DNA of 47,156 nt from Brooklawnia sp. (GCA_012517115.1 JAAYVP010000023.1:1-47156), one strand, 5' to 3'; positions 9,401 through 20,255 are shown, counted from the stretch's first letter. Notes: generated from the letters alone by a model not told the origin. Numbers and translations: made by a program.

Positions 9401-9711
9401 ATGTCTGTCATCAGCTCCCGCACCCAACTGACCGAGACCCCGCAGGCTGCAGTCGAGGAACTGGCTGCCGCGCTCGGCACCGATGCCGTCACCACTCGCG
9501 CCCTCGACCGCTTCGCGGTTGCGGTGGACACCGCGGCCTGCTGCACGAGGAACTGACTGCAACCGCTACCGCTGATGAGGCCGCTTCCGTCGCGCAGTTG
9601 GACGCGCAGCTATATCTGTCGTGCAACCGCACCTGCGAACTCGGTATGACCCGCGCGACGGGCAGAACCTACATCCACGGACTGGAGGAGATCGCCAGCC
9701 GAGCGCTGTAG
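9401..9711 (+). pseudogene. Internally deleted FAD-linked/Fe-S oxidoreductase (D-lactate dehydrogenase-like) remnant
   Basis: ATG 9401 reads MSVISSRTQLTETPQAAVEELAAALGTDAVTTRALDRFAVAVD, then goes out of frame (stop 9554-9556). A different frame from 9532 reads RGLLHEELTATATADEA...YLSCNRTCELGMTRATGRTYIHGLEEIASRAL* (stop 9709-9711), which I recognise as the C-terminus of this family. Confidence 0.8.
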
Positions 9712-9750
9712 AGCAGGACACCCGTCGCGCTGATGGCCACGCGGGTCGGC

Positions 9751-10557
9751 TCAGTCCAGCCCCACCTGTTGGACGCCGCTGACGAAACCGCCCATCAGCC
9801 GGCTGCCCAGACCTTCGAAGCGTGCCGGGTCGCCGGTGGTGACGAACCGGCGACTCGGACGATGTCCGCCTTCGCGCAGCAGTCCCAGGCGCTGCAGCGT
9901 GGCGAAGGTCGCTCGCGCGCACTCGTCGGCGCTGCTCACCAGGGTGACCTCGTCGCCCATGATGTAGCTGATCACACCGGACAGCAGCGGGTAGTGCGTG
10001 CAACCGAGGATCAGCGTGTCGACCTGCTGCTGCTTCAGCGGGTTCAAGTACTCCTCCGCGACAGCCATCAGCGCATCACCAGTGGTGATGCCCTCCTCGA
10101 CGAACGGCACGAACAACGGGCAGACCTGGGTCACCAGGTGCACCGGCGACGCCACCAGCGCATCGTTGTAGCTGCGCGAAGTGGCTGTGGCCTGGGTGCA
10201 GATCACCCCCACCTGCCGGTCACGACTGGTGGCGGCGGCTTTGCGCGCGGCTGGCAGGATCACCTCCACGATTGGCACGTGGTATCGCTCCCGCGCGTCG
10301 CGCAGCGCCGCCGATGAACCGGTGTTGCAGGCGATCACCAAGATCTTGACACCCTGTTCGATCAACCAGTCCAGGCACTGCAGTGTGTATTCACGGACCT
10401 CGGCGATCGGACGGGGCCCGTAAGGGGTGCGGGCGGTGTCGCCAAGATAGACGATCTCCTCGTGGGGCAACAGGTCGACGATAGCCCGGGCAACGGTCAA
10501 TCCCCCGAAGCCGGAGTCGAAGATGCCGATCGGCAACTGCGCGGCAGCACTGGTCAC
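9751..10557 (-). CDS. murI: Glutamate racemase
   Basis: IGIFDSGFGGLTV, PYG, IACNT, LGCTHYP. Confidence 0.97.
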   Translation of the reverse strand: MTSAAAQLPIGIFDSGFGGLTVARAIVDLLPHEEIVYLGDTARTPYGPRPIAEVREYTLQCLDWLIEQGVKILVIACNTGSSAALRDARERYHVPIVEVILPAARKAAATSRDRQVGVICTQATATSRSYNDALVASPVHLVTQVCPLFVPFVEEGITTGDALMAVAEEYLNPLKQQQVDTLILGCTHYPLLSGVISYIMGDEVTLVSSADECARATFATLQRLGLLREGGHRPSRRFVTTGDPARFEGLGSRLMGGFVSGVQQVGLD

Positions 10558-10566
10558 CCGGCAACT

Positions 10567-11172
10567 CTAGTCCTGGGTTGCCAGCAGCGACTCTTGTACC
10601 CAGCCGAGCCACTCGTAGATGGAGAAGATCCAACTGCGGGGGTCGTCTTCCGGCAGTTCGGCGATGCGCTCTGAGTCATCGGCGTCGGAGATCTCCATTC
10701 TGACCGCGAGCGCGAGCCGCACGTTGGTGAGCGTCTTCAACCAAGCCATCGTGTGCTGCTCGGGGACCGAGCAGTAGCCCCCGTCGCGAACCGACCGCAG
10801 GTCTGCGAGCATCGCTCGGGCGGCGACCACCTTGTCGTCCAGCTGTGCGGCACGGGTGAAGCGATGGAAATCGTGGCTTGCCGCAGGGTCGTCGGGGTAT
10901 GGGTCTGGGAAAAGCCGATGCAGAACCGGATCGATACTGGGTTCATCGTCGAAGATCTCGTCGCCGTAGGCGTTCATCTCGTGCTCCAACTGGGCGAAGA
11001 CATCGTCGCTGGGCGCCGCAACCGGCAGTCGTTGGGTGCCCGGCCCGTTGGGGCCTGGCAGGTCGCTAAGCAGGAGTTCGATCAGTTGACTGAGCAGTCC
11101 CCCCAGCAGGTCAAGCTCAGCGTCCTCGAACTGGCAGCTGAGCTCCCCCCGCCGACGACGAAAGGCACGCAT
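10567..11172 (-). CDS. DUF2017 family protein
   Basis: DPVLHRLFPDPY, WLKTLTNVRLAL, YEWLGWVQESL; conserved position after clpS. Confidence 0.85.
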   Translation of the reverse strand: MRAFRRRRGELSCQFEDAELDLLGGLLSQLIELLLSDLPGPNGPGTQRLPVAAPSDDVFAQLEHEMNAYGDEIFDDEPSIDPVLHRLFPDPYPDDPAASHDFHRFTRAAQLDDKVVAARAMLADLRSVRDGGYCSVPEQHTMAWLKTLTNVRLALAVRMEISDADDSERIAELPEDDPRSWIFSIYEWLGWVQESLLATQD

Positions 11173-11483
11173 CAATCGGCTCTATCCAGCGTCGCCCACA
11201 ACCCGTAGCTGTGCATCGCTTGCACGTCGCACTCCATCGATTCTCGCACCCCAGAACTCACGATCGCTTTGCCTTCCATGTGCACCTGCATCATCAGGCG
11301 CTCGGCACGGTCGCGCGAGTAGTTGAAGTAGGTGCTGAAGACGTGAGTGACGTAGCTCATCAGGTTGACCGGATCGTCCCAGACGATCGTCACCCACGGC
11401 TGCACGGTCTTGGTCTGTTCGCCCAACCGCTCGTCCACTGCGGTGTCCCCCGCTGGACGCACCGGAGTTGGTTCGCTGGCCAT
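11172..11483 (-). CDS. clpS: Clp protease adaptor ClpS
   Basis: WVTIVWDDPVNLMSYVT, LMMQVHMEGKAIV, GLWAT. ATG 11483 preferred (CACAAT 6 nt upstream). Confidence 0.95.
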   Translation of the reverse strand: MASEPTPVRPAGDTAVDERLGEQTKTVQPWVTIVWDDPVNLMSYVTHVFSTYFNYSRDRAERLMMQVHMEGKAIVSSGVRESMECDVQAMHSYGLWATLDRAD

Positions 11484-11530
11484 GTGCCCATTGTGGCCCA
11501 TGGAGCCAAGTCAGGAGTTTAGGCTCAACC

Positions 11531-13045
11531 ATGGCCAGTAAGACCTTCGAAATCGGACTCTCCCGAATGACGTCACCTTTGGTGTTGGCGCTCGACATCG
11601 GTTCGACAGCCAGCCGCGGATCGCTCTTCGACGCCACCGGACGGCCGCTACGACCGAGAGCGAAGACTCCGCATGCGTTCACAACCGCCGCAGACGGCAC
11701 TTCGATCATCGACCCCGACCAGGTCGTCGACGAGGTCACCGGTCTGATCACAGACCTGGTCGACCTCGCCGGCGACCTTCCGATCGCCGGAGTGGCGCTG
11801 GACACCTTCGCGTCCTCACTGGTCGGGGTGGATGCCGAGGGCCGGGCCATCACCCCCTGCTTCAACTACAACGACAATCGGTGCGCCGACGAAGTGGCCA
11901 GGATGCGAGCCGAGGCCGACGAGGACGAGATCCAGGCGCGCACCGGCTGCCGCTTCCATGCCAGCTATCTGCCGGCCCGGCTGCGTTGGCTGGCCCGCAA
12001 CTTCCCAGAACGATGGGAGTCGGCGGCCCAGTGGCTGTCGCTCGGTGAGTACGTGCAGCTGCGGCTGCTCGGCGACACGGCAGCAGGCACCTCTACTGCC
12101 GCCTGGTCAGGACTGTTGAACCGGCGCACTGGCCAATGGGACGATTGGGCGCTGGAACTCAGTGGGCTAGCCGGCGCCAAGCTGTCCCCCATCGCAGACC
12201 CGGATCAGGGGTTGCGACCTGCCCGGGGATCAATCGCGCGCCGACTCTGGCCGAGGTTGCGCCACGCCCACTGGTTCCCCCCAATCGGGGATGGCTACGC
12301 AGCCACTCGCGGCGTGGGCACCGGACTGGGAAGCTTAGTGATTTCGCTTTCCACCTCCGGCGCGATGCGGCTGCTGGTCGACGATCCGATCGGCGGTGCT
12401 GGGCTGGATCTGCCCGGCGGACTGTGGAGTTACCGAGTGGACGCCGGGCACAGCCTGGTCGGTGGCGCAGTCAACGATGTCGGGCGAGCGACCACCTGGC
12501 TGACACGCGAGTTGAACCTGCCTGATGCAGACACTGTCGCCGCTCAGTTGCATGAGCCTCCGAGCAACATCACCCCGCTGGTGCTGCCGTTCTTTACCGG
12601 CGAGCGCTCCACCGGCTGGGTCGGCACCGCGCGTGCCACGCTGCACCGGGTCGACTTCTCCACCTCGGCATTGGAGCTGTATCGCGGGGTACTCGAAGGT
12701 ATCGTGTGGTCGTTCCAACGCATCACCGACCAGTTGTTGCTGCTCAACCCGGGCATCACCAGCGCCCGGGTCGGTGGCCGGGTCGCCAGCGAGGCACCGG
12801 GATTGCTGACAGTGCTGGCAGATGGCCTAACTCTCAAGTTGACCCCGGTCACCATCAAGCGGTCCACTTTGCAGGGCAATGCCTTCATCGCCCTCGACGT
12901 CCTCGCTCCCGACGTGCCCCGCGCGGTCGTCCAGACCGGGGAGCAGTTGCATCCAGACCCGGTCAATTCCTCCTTCTACGACGCCAGACAGCTGCTGTTG
13001 GACCAGCTGTACGCCGCGGTAGTCGCGGAGAATCCGCTGGCTTGA
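11531..13045 (+). CDS. FGGY-family carbohydrate kinase, probably gluconokinase
   Basis: LALDIGSTASRG, RTGCRFHASY, GLWSYRVD, VGGAVNDVG, PFFTGERS.GW motifs typical of GntK-type FGGY kinases. Substrate is inferred. Confidence 0.8.
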   Translation: MASKTFEIGLSRMTSPLVLALDIGSTASRGSLFDATGRPLRPRAKTPHAFTTAADGTSIIDPDQVVDEVTGLITDLVDLAGDLPIAGVALDTFASSLVGVDAEGRAITPCFNYNDNRCADEVARMRAEADEDEIQARTGCRFHASYLPARLRWLARNFPERWESAAQWLSLGEYVQLRLLGDTAAGTSTAAWSGLLNRRTGQWDDWALELSGLAGAKLSPIADPDQGLRPARGSIARRLWPRLRHAHWFPPIGDGYAATRGVGTGLGSLVISLSTSGAMRLLVDDPIGGAGLDLPGGLWSYRVDAGHSLVGGAVNDVGRATTWLTRELNLPDADTVAAQLHEPPSNITPLVLPFFTGERSTGWVGTARATLHRVDFSTSALELYRGVLEGIVWSFQRITDQLLLLNPGITSARVGGRVASEAPGLLTVLADGLTLKLTPVTIKRSTLQGNAFIALDVLAPDVPRAVVQTGEQLHPDPVNSSFYDARQLLLDQLYAAVVAENPLA

Positions 13046-13124
13046 GGGATTGCCGGAACCGACTCCCCAGCATCAGGGGTGCGGATAGGCTAACGGGGTT
13101 GAACCGTCCACTTGAGGGAGAACC

Positions 13125-14228
13125 ATGAACCCGAACCTCCAGGCGCTCCACGACGCCGGCGTCTCGATCTGGCTGGATGATCTGTCGCGCGAGAAGATTC
13201 AAACCGGAGAACTGCAGTCGCTGATCGACGAGAAGTCGGTCACCGGTGTCACCACCAACCCGACCATCTTCGCGGCGGCCTTCCAAGATTTGTCTCAGTA
13301 CGGCTCCGAATTGGCGGCACTCAAAGCCAAGGGCGTCGACGTGGAGGCCGCAATCCGCGACCTGATGAGCCGCGATGTCGCCGCTGCCTGTGATGTCTTC
13401 GCCGGCATCTACGCCGGTACCGCCGGCTATGACGGCCGAGTCTCGATCGAGGTCGCTCCGACGCTGGCGATGGAGACCCAGGCGACCATCGACCAGGCCG
13501 AGCAACTGTACTCGATGGTGGGCAAGCCGAACGTCCTGATCAAGATCCCCGCGACGAAGCCCGGCCTGCCAGCCATCCGCGCCACCATCGCCAAGGGCAT
13601 CAGCGTGAACGTCACCCTGATCTTCTCGATCGAGCGCTACGAAGAAGTCATGGACGCTTACCTGTCCGGCCTGGAGGACGCTGCTGCCGCCGGTCTCGAC
13701 CTGTCGAAGATCCACTCGGTGGCATCCTTCTTCGTCAGCCGCGTCGACAGCGAGGTGGACAAGCAACTGAAGGCCATCGGCACCGACGAGGCGCTCGCAC
13801 TGCTCGGCAAGGCGGCCATCGCAAACGCCCAGCTCGCCTTCCAGGCGTACGAGCAGGTCTTCGGCTCCGACCGCTTCAAGGCTCTCGAGGCCAAGGGCGC
13901 TAACCTGCAGCGTCCGTTGTGGGCCAGCACCGGGGTGAAGAACCCGGAGTACGACGACACCATGTACGTTTCGCAACTGGTGGCAAGGCCGTGCGTGAAC
14001 ACGATGCCCGGCAAGACCATGGACGCCTTCGCCGACCATGGCGTGGTCACGGGCGACACGATCACCAGCAACTATGCTCAGGCGTCCCAGGTGATGGCCG
14101 ACATCGCCGGAGTCGGTATCAAGTTCGATCAGGTCTACGCCACTCTGGAATCCGAGGGCGTCGACAAGTTCGTGGTTTCGTGGGGTGAATTGGTGGACGG
14201 CGTCACCTCGGCGCTGGCAAAGGCCTGA
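13125..14228 (+). CDS. tal: Transaldolase
   Basis: [49 protein letters not shown]. Confidence 0.98.
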   Translation: MNPNLQALHDAGVSIWLDDLSREKIQTGELQSLIDEKSVTGVTTNPTIFAAAFQDLSQYGSELAALKAKGVDVEAAIRDLMSRDVAAACDVFAGIYAGTAGYDGRVSIEVAPTLAMETQATIDQAEQLYSMVGKPNVLIKIPATKPGLPAIRATIAKGISVNVTLIFSIERYEEVMDAYLSGLEDAAAAGLDLSKIHSVASFFVSRVDSEVDKQLKAIGTDEALALLGKAAIANAQLAFQAYEQVFGSDRFKALEAKGANLQRPLWASTGVKNPEYDDTMYVSQLVARPCVNTMPGKTMDAFADHGVVTGDTITSNYAQASQVMADIAGVGIKFDQVYATLESEGVDKFVVSWGELVDGVTSALAKA

Positions 14229-14247
14229 CTCACTACGGAGGGCGAAT

Positions 14248-15774
14248 GTGAACGATCCGTGGACCAATCCGCTGCGCGACTCTGAGGATCGTCGGCTGCC
14301 CAGAATTGCTGGGCCAAGCGTCCTGGTACTCTTCGGAGTCACTGGTGACCTGGCTCGCAAGAAGCTGCTGCCGGCTATCTACGACCTGGCGAACCACGGC
14401 GCACTGCCGCCCGGTTTCGGCCTGGTGGGGTTCGCCCGGCGTGATTGGACCAACGAGCAGTTCCTTCGCCATATCGAGGACAGCGTCCGGGAACACGCCC
14501 GGACGCCGTTCTTCCCGGAGGTTTGGCGACAACTGTCCGGTGGTGTCAAGTTCGTGTCGGGTAGTTTCGATGAGCCGGAAGCGTTCGACCGGCTCAAGGA
14601 AACACTTGATCGTTTCGATCGTGACCATGGCACCGGCGGCAACCACGCCTTCTACCTGTCGATTCCGCCGAAGAACTTCGAACAGGTCATCGAGCAGTTG
14701 AACGCCCATGGATTGACCGATCAGTCGGGGGGCTGGAAACGGGCTATCATCGAGAAACCGTTCGGCAATGACCTGGCGAGCTCGCAAGACCTGAACCGAG
14801 TGGTCTCCGCCGCTTTCCCGCCCGAGTCGGTCTTCCGGATCGACCACTACCTCGGCAAAGAGACCGTGCAGAATATGTTGGCGTTCCGGTTCGCCAACAT
14901 GATGTACGAGCCGCTGTGGAACCGGAACTTCGTCAGCCACGTGCAGATCACCATGGCCGAGGACATCGGCATCGGTGGTCGCGCGGGCTACTACGACGGC
15001 GTCGGCGCCGCCCGCGATGTCATTCAGAACCACCTCTTCCAGCTCATGGCGCTGACCGCCATGGAGGAACCGAACAACCTTGGCCACCAAGCGTTGCGTC
15101 GCGAAAAAGAGAAGGTTCTGGAGGCCGCTACCGTGCCTGGCGACCTACGCCTGCATAGCGCGAACGGTCAGTACGCCTCCGGCTGGCAGGGTGGCCGACT
15201 GGTCAAGGGCTTTCTGGACGAGGACGGCATCGATCCCGCGTCCGCGACCGAGACGTACGCAGCGATCCGGGTAGACATCGACTCGCGACGCTGGGCGGGC
15301 GTCCCGTTCTATCTGCGCACCGCCAAACGAGCACCGCGGCGTATCACCGAGATCGCGCTGAACTTCCGGCGCACCCCGCACATGCCGTTCACTCAACCCG
15401 CGGTCGAAGAGCTCGGTGTGAACGCGCTGGTGCTGCGCATCCAACCCAACGAGGGTATCGGGATGAATTTCGGCGCCAAGATTCCGGCCACCCAAATGGA
15501 GATCCGCCAGGTCAGCATGGACTTCTCCTACACGGGATCGTTCACCGAATCCAGCCCAGAGGCGTACGAGCGGTTGATACTCGACATGTTGCTGGGCGAT
15601 CCGCCGTTGTTCCCGCAGCAAAGAGAGGTCGAATTGTCCTGGGAGATCCTCGATCCGGTACTCGAGCGGTGGGCCGATGCCGGACAGCCCGAGCAATACC
15701 AGGCCGGAACGTGGGGCCCCAAGTGCTCCGATGAAATGCTGGCCCGTGACGGGTTCGCCTGGCGACGTCCCTAG
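14248..15774 (+). CDS. zwf: Glucose-6-phosphate 1-dehydrogenase
   Basis: [25 protein letters not shown]; GTG 14248 with GGAGG upstream. Confidence 0.98.
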   Translation: MNDPWTNPLRDSEDRRLPRIAGPSVLVLFGVTGDLARKKLLPAIYDLANHGALPPGFGLVGFARRDWTNEQFLRHIEDSVREHARTPFFPEVWRQLSGGVKFVSGSFDEPEAFDRLKETLDRFDRDHGTGGNHAFYLSIPPKNFEQVIEQLNAHGLTDQSGGWKRAIIEKPFGNDLASSQDLNRVVSAAFPPESVFRIDHYLGKETVQNMLAFRFANMMYEPLWNRNFVSHVQITMAEDIGIGGRAGYYDGVGAARDVIQNHLFQLMALTAMEEPNNLGHQALRREKEKVLEAATVPGDLRLHSANGQYASGWQGGRLVKGFLDEDGIDPASATETYAAIRVDIDSRRWAGVPFYLRTAKRAPRRITEIALNFRRTPHMPFTQPAVEELGVNALVLRIQPNEGIGMNFGAKIPATQMEIRQVSMDFSYTGSFTESSPEAYERLILDMLLGDPPLFPQQREVELSWEILDPVLERWADAGQPEQYQAGTWGPKCSDEMLARDGFAWRRP

Positions 15775-15782
15775 GAGCGCAG

Positions 15783-16688
15783 ATGACCCTCAGGCTCGAA
15801 AACACTGATGCCCGGCAGATCAACGAAACCCTGCTCCGGATGCGCAAAGAGGGCCAGGCCCCATCCGGCCAAGTCCTCACCCTCGTGATCAACACTCCCG
15901 CCCAGGACGCGCAACGGGCGATGGCAGAGGCCTTGGATGCCGCTGCCATGCACCCCTCGAGAATGCTGATCGCGATCCGCGGACTAGACAACGAGGCTGG
16001 CCTGAACGCCGAGTTACAGCCTTCGACGTCCGGCTCGGAAATGATCACGCTGGAGTTCTCCGGGGAGGTGGACGACCACGCCGAATCGGTGCTGCTGCCG
16101 CTGCTGCTGCCGGAGCTCCCGGTGGTGATTTGGTGGCCGAGCAAAGCCCCAGCAAGCCTCACTAACAGAGACCTGCTCAGGCTCACTGATCGTCTGATCG
16201 TCGATTCCAGCACGGATGCCGATCCAGTGGCGGCGGTGCACCGGATTGCGGCCGAACACGAGCCCGGCACCACCGACCTGGCGTGGACACGACTCACGCG
16301 GTGGCGCGCCATGCTGGTTGCCGCGTTGGACCAAGTGCACAGCACCGTCACGTCCGCCTCCGTGATCGGCCCACCCGATTCCTCGCCGAGCGAGTTGCTG
16401 GCTGCTTGGCTTGAGATGCGGCTCAATGTCCCAGTGACCCGCCCAGAACCCGAATCCGACTACCCCGGCCTGCACTGTGTGCGGTTGGGCACCGAACAAG
16501 GTGAGATCGTGCTGCGCCGAATCTCGCCCACTGACGCAATCCTGACCCTGCCTGGGCAGCCCGATCGTCCCGTCGCATTGGCCAGGCGCACCGCCCAGCA
16601 GTTGCTCACCGAGGAACTTACGCGGCTGTCTGGGGACGACGCATTCGACAAGCTGATGGTGTACGTCGCAGCGCGAGGAGGATCGTGA
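15783..16688 (+). CDS. opcA: G6PDH assembly protein OpcA
   Basis: HPSR, LPLLLPELPVVIWWP, DLAWTRLTRWR; follows zwf. Confidence 0.93.
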   Translation: MTLRLENTDARQINETLLRMRKEGQAPSGQVLTLVINTPAQDAQRAMAEALDAAAMHPSRMLIAIRGLDNEAGLNAELQPSTSGSEMITLEFSGEVDDHAESVLLPLLLPELPVVIWWPSKAPASLTNRDLLRLTDRLIVDSSTDADPVAAVHRIAAEHEPGTTDLAWTRLTRWRAMLVAALDQVHSTVTSASVIGPPDSSPSELLAAWLEMRLNVPVTRPEPESDYPGLHCVRLGTEQGEIVLRRISPTDAILTLPGQPDRPVALARRTAQQLLTEELTRLSGDDAFDKLMVYVAARGGS

Positions 16689-17425
16689 GCCTTGAACGGG
16701 TCTGTCGCTACCGAGGCCTGCGCGAGCTGACGATCAGCATGGCGGGTCGGCTGGTGCAGCGCCTAGCTGACCTGCAGGCCGAAAAGCCAGTTGTGCACAT
16801 GGCGTTAACCGGCGGCGCCACCGTGCAACCGATGTATGCGGCGCTGGGCAACCTGGCGCAGACAACAGCCCTCGACCCGTCGAGGTTGGAGTTGTGGTGG
16901 AACAGCGAACGCTACGTGCCGACCACGGACCTGCGACGCAACTCCACCCAGGCGTTGACCCAGATCGCCCGGTCGCTACCGATCGTGTCCGCCAAAGTGC
17001 ACCCCATGCCGAGTAGCACCGGCACCTCCGATCCCGACGAAGCCGCCTACATTTACGCCAAGGAACTGGGCGACGTCACGTTCGACATCTGTCTGTTGGG
17101 GGTCGGATGCGATGGTCACGTGGCGTCCATCTACCCCGATCACCCCAGCATGCGTCTGCAGTCAGAAACCACCCTCAGCGCGATCGGCGTGACGAATGCA
17201 CCGAGAGACCCACCCGAACGGGTGACGCTCACCTTGAACACGATCAACCGCTCGAGCGAGGTTTGGCTGCTGGCTTCCGGCACCCAAAAGGCCGACATAA
17301 TCGCCCGGGCCCTGCGCCATGACCAGACCATCCCGGCGGGGCTGGTGCACGGCGCCGATACGACCTACTGGTTCCTCGATCTGGAAGCTGCGGAGAAGTT
17401 GCCGTACTACCACTGTCGGTTCTAG
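16685..17425 (+). CDS. pgl: 6-phosphogluconolactonase
   Basis: ALTGG, ERYVP, LLGVG.DGHVAS, PPERVTLT; operon context. Confidence 0.9.
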   Translation: MSLERVCRYRGLRELTISMAGRLVQRLADLQAEKPVVHMALTGGATVQPMYAALGNLAQTTALDPSRLELWWNSERYVPTTDLRRNSTQALTQIARSLPIVSAKVHPMPSSTGTSDPDEAAYIYAKELGDVTFDICLLGVGCDGHVASIYPDHPSMRLQSETTLSAIGVTNAPRDPPERVTLTLNTINRSSEVWLLASGTQKADIIARALRHDQTIPAGLVHGADTTYWFLDLEAAEKLPYYHCRF

Positions 17426-17778
17426 TAAATGACCTCGCCGTTGGCGCGTCGCGTCCGAAGGAGCTCAAGCGCTTCGCTCAGGATCGCGACCGCTTCTTCA
17501 TCGGAGCGGCGTTCCTTGACGTAGGCCAGATGCGTCTTGTAAGGCAGCGTCTTGGGGGGCGGCGGCGGGTTCAGTTCATCGGTGTTCGCGGGCAGCCCGC
17601 AACGCGTGCACTCCCACTCATCCGGCAAATCGGCTTCCATGGCGAAAGCTGGACGCGTCTCATGCCCATTGGCGCAGTAGAAGCTGATCCGGGTGCGCGG
17701 TGCGGCATCGCCGCGTTCCGCCTCGCCCATTGGACCAGCACCGACCCGGCTGCCTTTAATGGCGTTGCCACCAACCAC
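17422..17778 (-). CDS. rbpA: RNA polymerase-binding protein RbpA
   Basis: AIKGSRVGA, CANGH, WECTRCG, KTHLAYVKERRS; follows secG. Confidence 0.92.
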   Translation of the reverse strand: MVGGNAIKGSRVGAGPMGEAERGDAAPRTRISFYCANGHETRPAFAMEADLPDEWECTRCGLPANTDELNPPPPPKTLPYKTHLAYVKERRSDEEAVAILSEALELLRTRRANGEVIY

Positions 17779-17824
17779 AGTTCCTACTCTCCTCGAAAGA
17801 AATGACGGACCATCGAGCCGTGCC

Positions 17825-18088
17825 TCAAACACCTACCCGGTACAGCACCAGCAACCCGACGATGCACAACAACCACAACAGCGCCACAATCACTGTGAGC
17901 CTGTCGAGGTTCCGCTCGGCCACCGAGGTGCCGCTCATACCGGTGGTCATGCCCCCACCGAACAAGTCGGACAGACCCCCACCACGACCCTTGTGCAAGA
18001 GGATGAACCCGGTGAGGATCACGCTGAGTACGACCATGAAGATCGAAAGCACTGTGATCGGCCAGGTCATCAGCGGTACAAAAGTCAC
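17825..18088 (-). CDS. secG: Preprotein translocase subunit SecG
   Basis: ILLHKGRGGGLSDLFGGG, VAERNLDRLT. Start uncertain (GTG 18088 leaderless behind TATGAT, or ATG 18070). Confidence 0.95.
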   Translation of the reverse strand: MTFVPLMTWPITVLSIFMVVLSVILTGFILLHKGRGGGLSDLFGGGMTTGMSGTSVAERNLDRLTVIVALLWLLCIVGLLVLYRVGV

Positions 18089-18143
18089 GCGAGCGATCAT
18101 ATCCCACCACCTGCGGCCTCTCGAATCGTGCCCAGCAGCCGAT

Positions 18144-18187
18144 GCAAAGCAGGACGCCCAGGCGCGATGCCCGGGCGTCCAGCTTGC
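18144..18187 (-). terminator. GC-rich hairpin after tpiA
   Basis: GGACGCCC 18152-18159 pairs with GGGCGTCC 18173-18180, with extra flanking pairing; only a short T run. Confidence 0.5.
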
Positions 18188-18210
18188 TCGTCGCCTGTCG
18201 GTGGGTCGGC

Positions 18211-18990
18211 CTACCGCTGGTAGAAGAGCACTATCTTGGCGAATTCCTCCGCCTTGAGGCTGGCGCCGCCGACCAGGCAGCCATCCACATCGGGTTGGGC
18301 CATGATGTCGACGACGTTGCTCGACTTGACCGAGCCGCCGTACTGGATGCGAACCGAATCGGCCACCCGATCGTCGTACAGTTCGCGGACGGCCGCTCGA
18401 ATGGCCCCGCAGACCTCTTGGGCGTCCTCCGGGGTGGCCACTTCGCCAGTGCCGATCGCCCAGATGGGCTCGTAGGCGATCACCAGGGAAGCGACATCGT
18501 CGCCAGGGATACCGGCCAATGCGCCCTTCACCTGTCCGACGGTGTGGTTGACCTGCTGACCCTGCTTGCGCAACTCCAGGCCCTCACCGACGCAGATGAT
18601 GGGTGTGAGGCCCTTCTCGAGCGCCTTGATCGCCTTGGCATTGACGATCTCGTCGGTTTCGGCGTGGTACTCGCGACGCTCGCTATGACCCACCACGACG
18701 TAGCGGCAATCCAGTTTGGCCAGCATCGACGCTGAGATCTCACCTGTGTAGGCGCCGTCATCGTGCTGCGAGACGTCTTGGGCGCCGTGCTTGAGCGGCA
18801 GTTTGTCGCCCTCGATGAGGGTCTGCACGCTGCGGATGTCAGTGAAGGGCGGAACCACCACAGCTTCGCACTTCTCGCGGCTGTAGCCTTCGTCCGCCAG
18901 AGTCCAGGCGAGTTTCTGGACGAGCCCCACTGCATCAATGTGGTTGAGGTTCATCTTCCAGTTGCCAGCCATGATCGGCGTACGGGTCAT
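18211..18990 (-). CDS. tpiA: Triosephosphate isomerase
   Basis: [36 protein letters not shown]. Confidence 0.98.
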   Translation of the reverse strand: MTRTPIMAGNWKMNLNHIDAVGLVQKLAWTLADEGYSREKCEAVVVPPFTDIRSVQTLIEGDKLPLKHGAQDVSQHDDGAYTGEISASMLAKLDCRYVVVGHSERREYHAETDEIVNAKAIKALEKGLTPIICVGEGLELRKQGQQVNHTVGQVKGALAGIPGDDVASLVIAYEPIWAIGTGEVATPEDAQEVCGAIRAAVRELYDDRVADSVRIQYGGSVKSSNVVDIMAQPDVDGCLVGGASLKAEEFAKIVLFYQR

Positions 18991-20222
18991 CGGTCAGCCT
19001 CCGCTCCAGAGGCCGACTCTTCAAGGACGACCAAGCCGGGGAGGGTCTTGCCTTCCAGGTACTCCAGCGAAGCACCACCACCGGTCGAGATCCAGCCGAA
19101 CTGATCATCGGCGTATCCCAAGTCACGTACGATGGCGGCCGAGTCGCCGCCCCCAACCACGGTCAGTCCGTCGACCTCAGTGAGCGCCTTAGCGACCGCA
19201 GCGGTGCCCTCAGCCAACGCCGGGATCTCGGCCACACCCATCGGGCCGTTCCAGAAGACAGTCTTGGCGCCGCGGATGGTCCTGGCGAACAACTCCTCGG
19301 ATTCGGGCCCGATGTCCAGACCCAACTGGCCGGCCGGTATCTGATCAGCCGGGACGATCGAAACCTCACCAACGACCTGACGAGCCGGGAAGTCCATGCC
19401 CGCAGCGACTCGGACATCCACCGGAAGCACGATCTGCTTGCCAGCAGCCTCGGCCTGCTTCAGGTACTCCGCACATTCCGAGACCTTGGACTCGTCCAGG
19501 ATCGAATCGCCGATCTCGTAACCCTTCGACTTCAGGAACGTGTAGGCCATGCCACCGCCGATCACCAGGGCGTCAGCAACCTTGAGCAAATTGTCGATGA
19601 CCGCCAACTTGTCAGCAACCTTCGCGCCACCGAGCACGACCACGAACGGCCTATCCGGATCGGTGGTCAGTCTGCTGAGCACCCCGACCTCCTTCGCCAC
19701 CAGGTCGCCCGCCGCAGCCGGGACCAGTTGCGCGATGTCGTAGACCGAGGCCTGCTTGCGGTGCACCACGCCGAAGCCATCCGAAACGAACAGATCGCCG
19801 AGCTCGGCGTACTGGGCGGCCAGTGCGGCGCGCTGGGCCTCGTCTTTCGACTCTTCGGCAGGCTCGTAGCGCACGTTCTCGACCAGCAAGACCTCACCGT
19901 CCGCGAGGCTCGCCGAAAGTGCCTGCGCCGACGGACCGACGACGTCGTCGGCAAGTTTGACCTGCGTGCCGAGCAGTTCGCCAAGCCGCTTGGCCACCGG
20001 GGCCAGCGAGTACTTGGGGTTCACTTGGCCCTTCGGGCGGCCGAGGTGGGCCATCACGGTGGTTCTCGCGCCGGCTTCGCGCAGCTTGTTCAGGGTGGGC
20101 AGCGCAGCCTTGATGCGGCCGTCGTCGGTGATGATGTCGCCGTCCAGCGGCACGTTGAAGTCACAGCGGATGACGACGCGCTTGCCCCGCAGGTCGTCCA
20201 GCCACTCGTTCACTGATCGCAC
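18987..20222 (-). CDS. pgk: Phosphoglycerate kinase
   Basis: [44 protein letters not shown]; GTG 20222 with purine-rich RBS. Confidence 0.98.
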   Translation of the reverse strand: MRSVNEWLDDLRGKRVVIRCDFNVPLDGDIITDDGRIKAALPTLNKLREAGARTTVMAHLGRPKGQVNPKYSLAPVAKRLGELLGTQVKLADDVVGPSAQALSASLADGEVLLVENVRYEPAEESKDEAQRAALAAQYAELGDLFVSDGFGVVHRKQASVYDIAQLVPAAAGDLVAKEVGVLSRLTTDPDRPFVVVLGGAKVADKLAVIDNLLKVADALVIGGGMAYTFLKSKGYEIGDSILDESKVSECAEYLKQAEAAGKQIVLPVDVRVAAGMDFPARQVVGEVSIVPADQIPAGQLGLDIGPESEELFARTIRGAKTVFWNGPMGVAEIPALAEGTAAVAKALTEVDGLTVVGGGDSAAIVRDLGYADDQFGWISTGGGASLEYLEGKTLPGLVVLEESASGAEADR

Positions 20223-20255
20223 TATGGTTTCCCTTCTCGTGGGTTGGTGGGTTCG

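Noticed and set aside
9301-10003. Minus-strand ORFs 9301-9546, 9380-9562 and 9566-10003
   Set aside because: The real coding signal is the plus-strand pseudogene.
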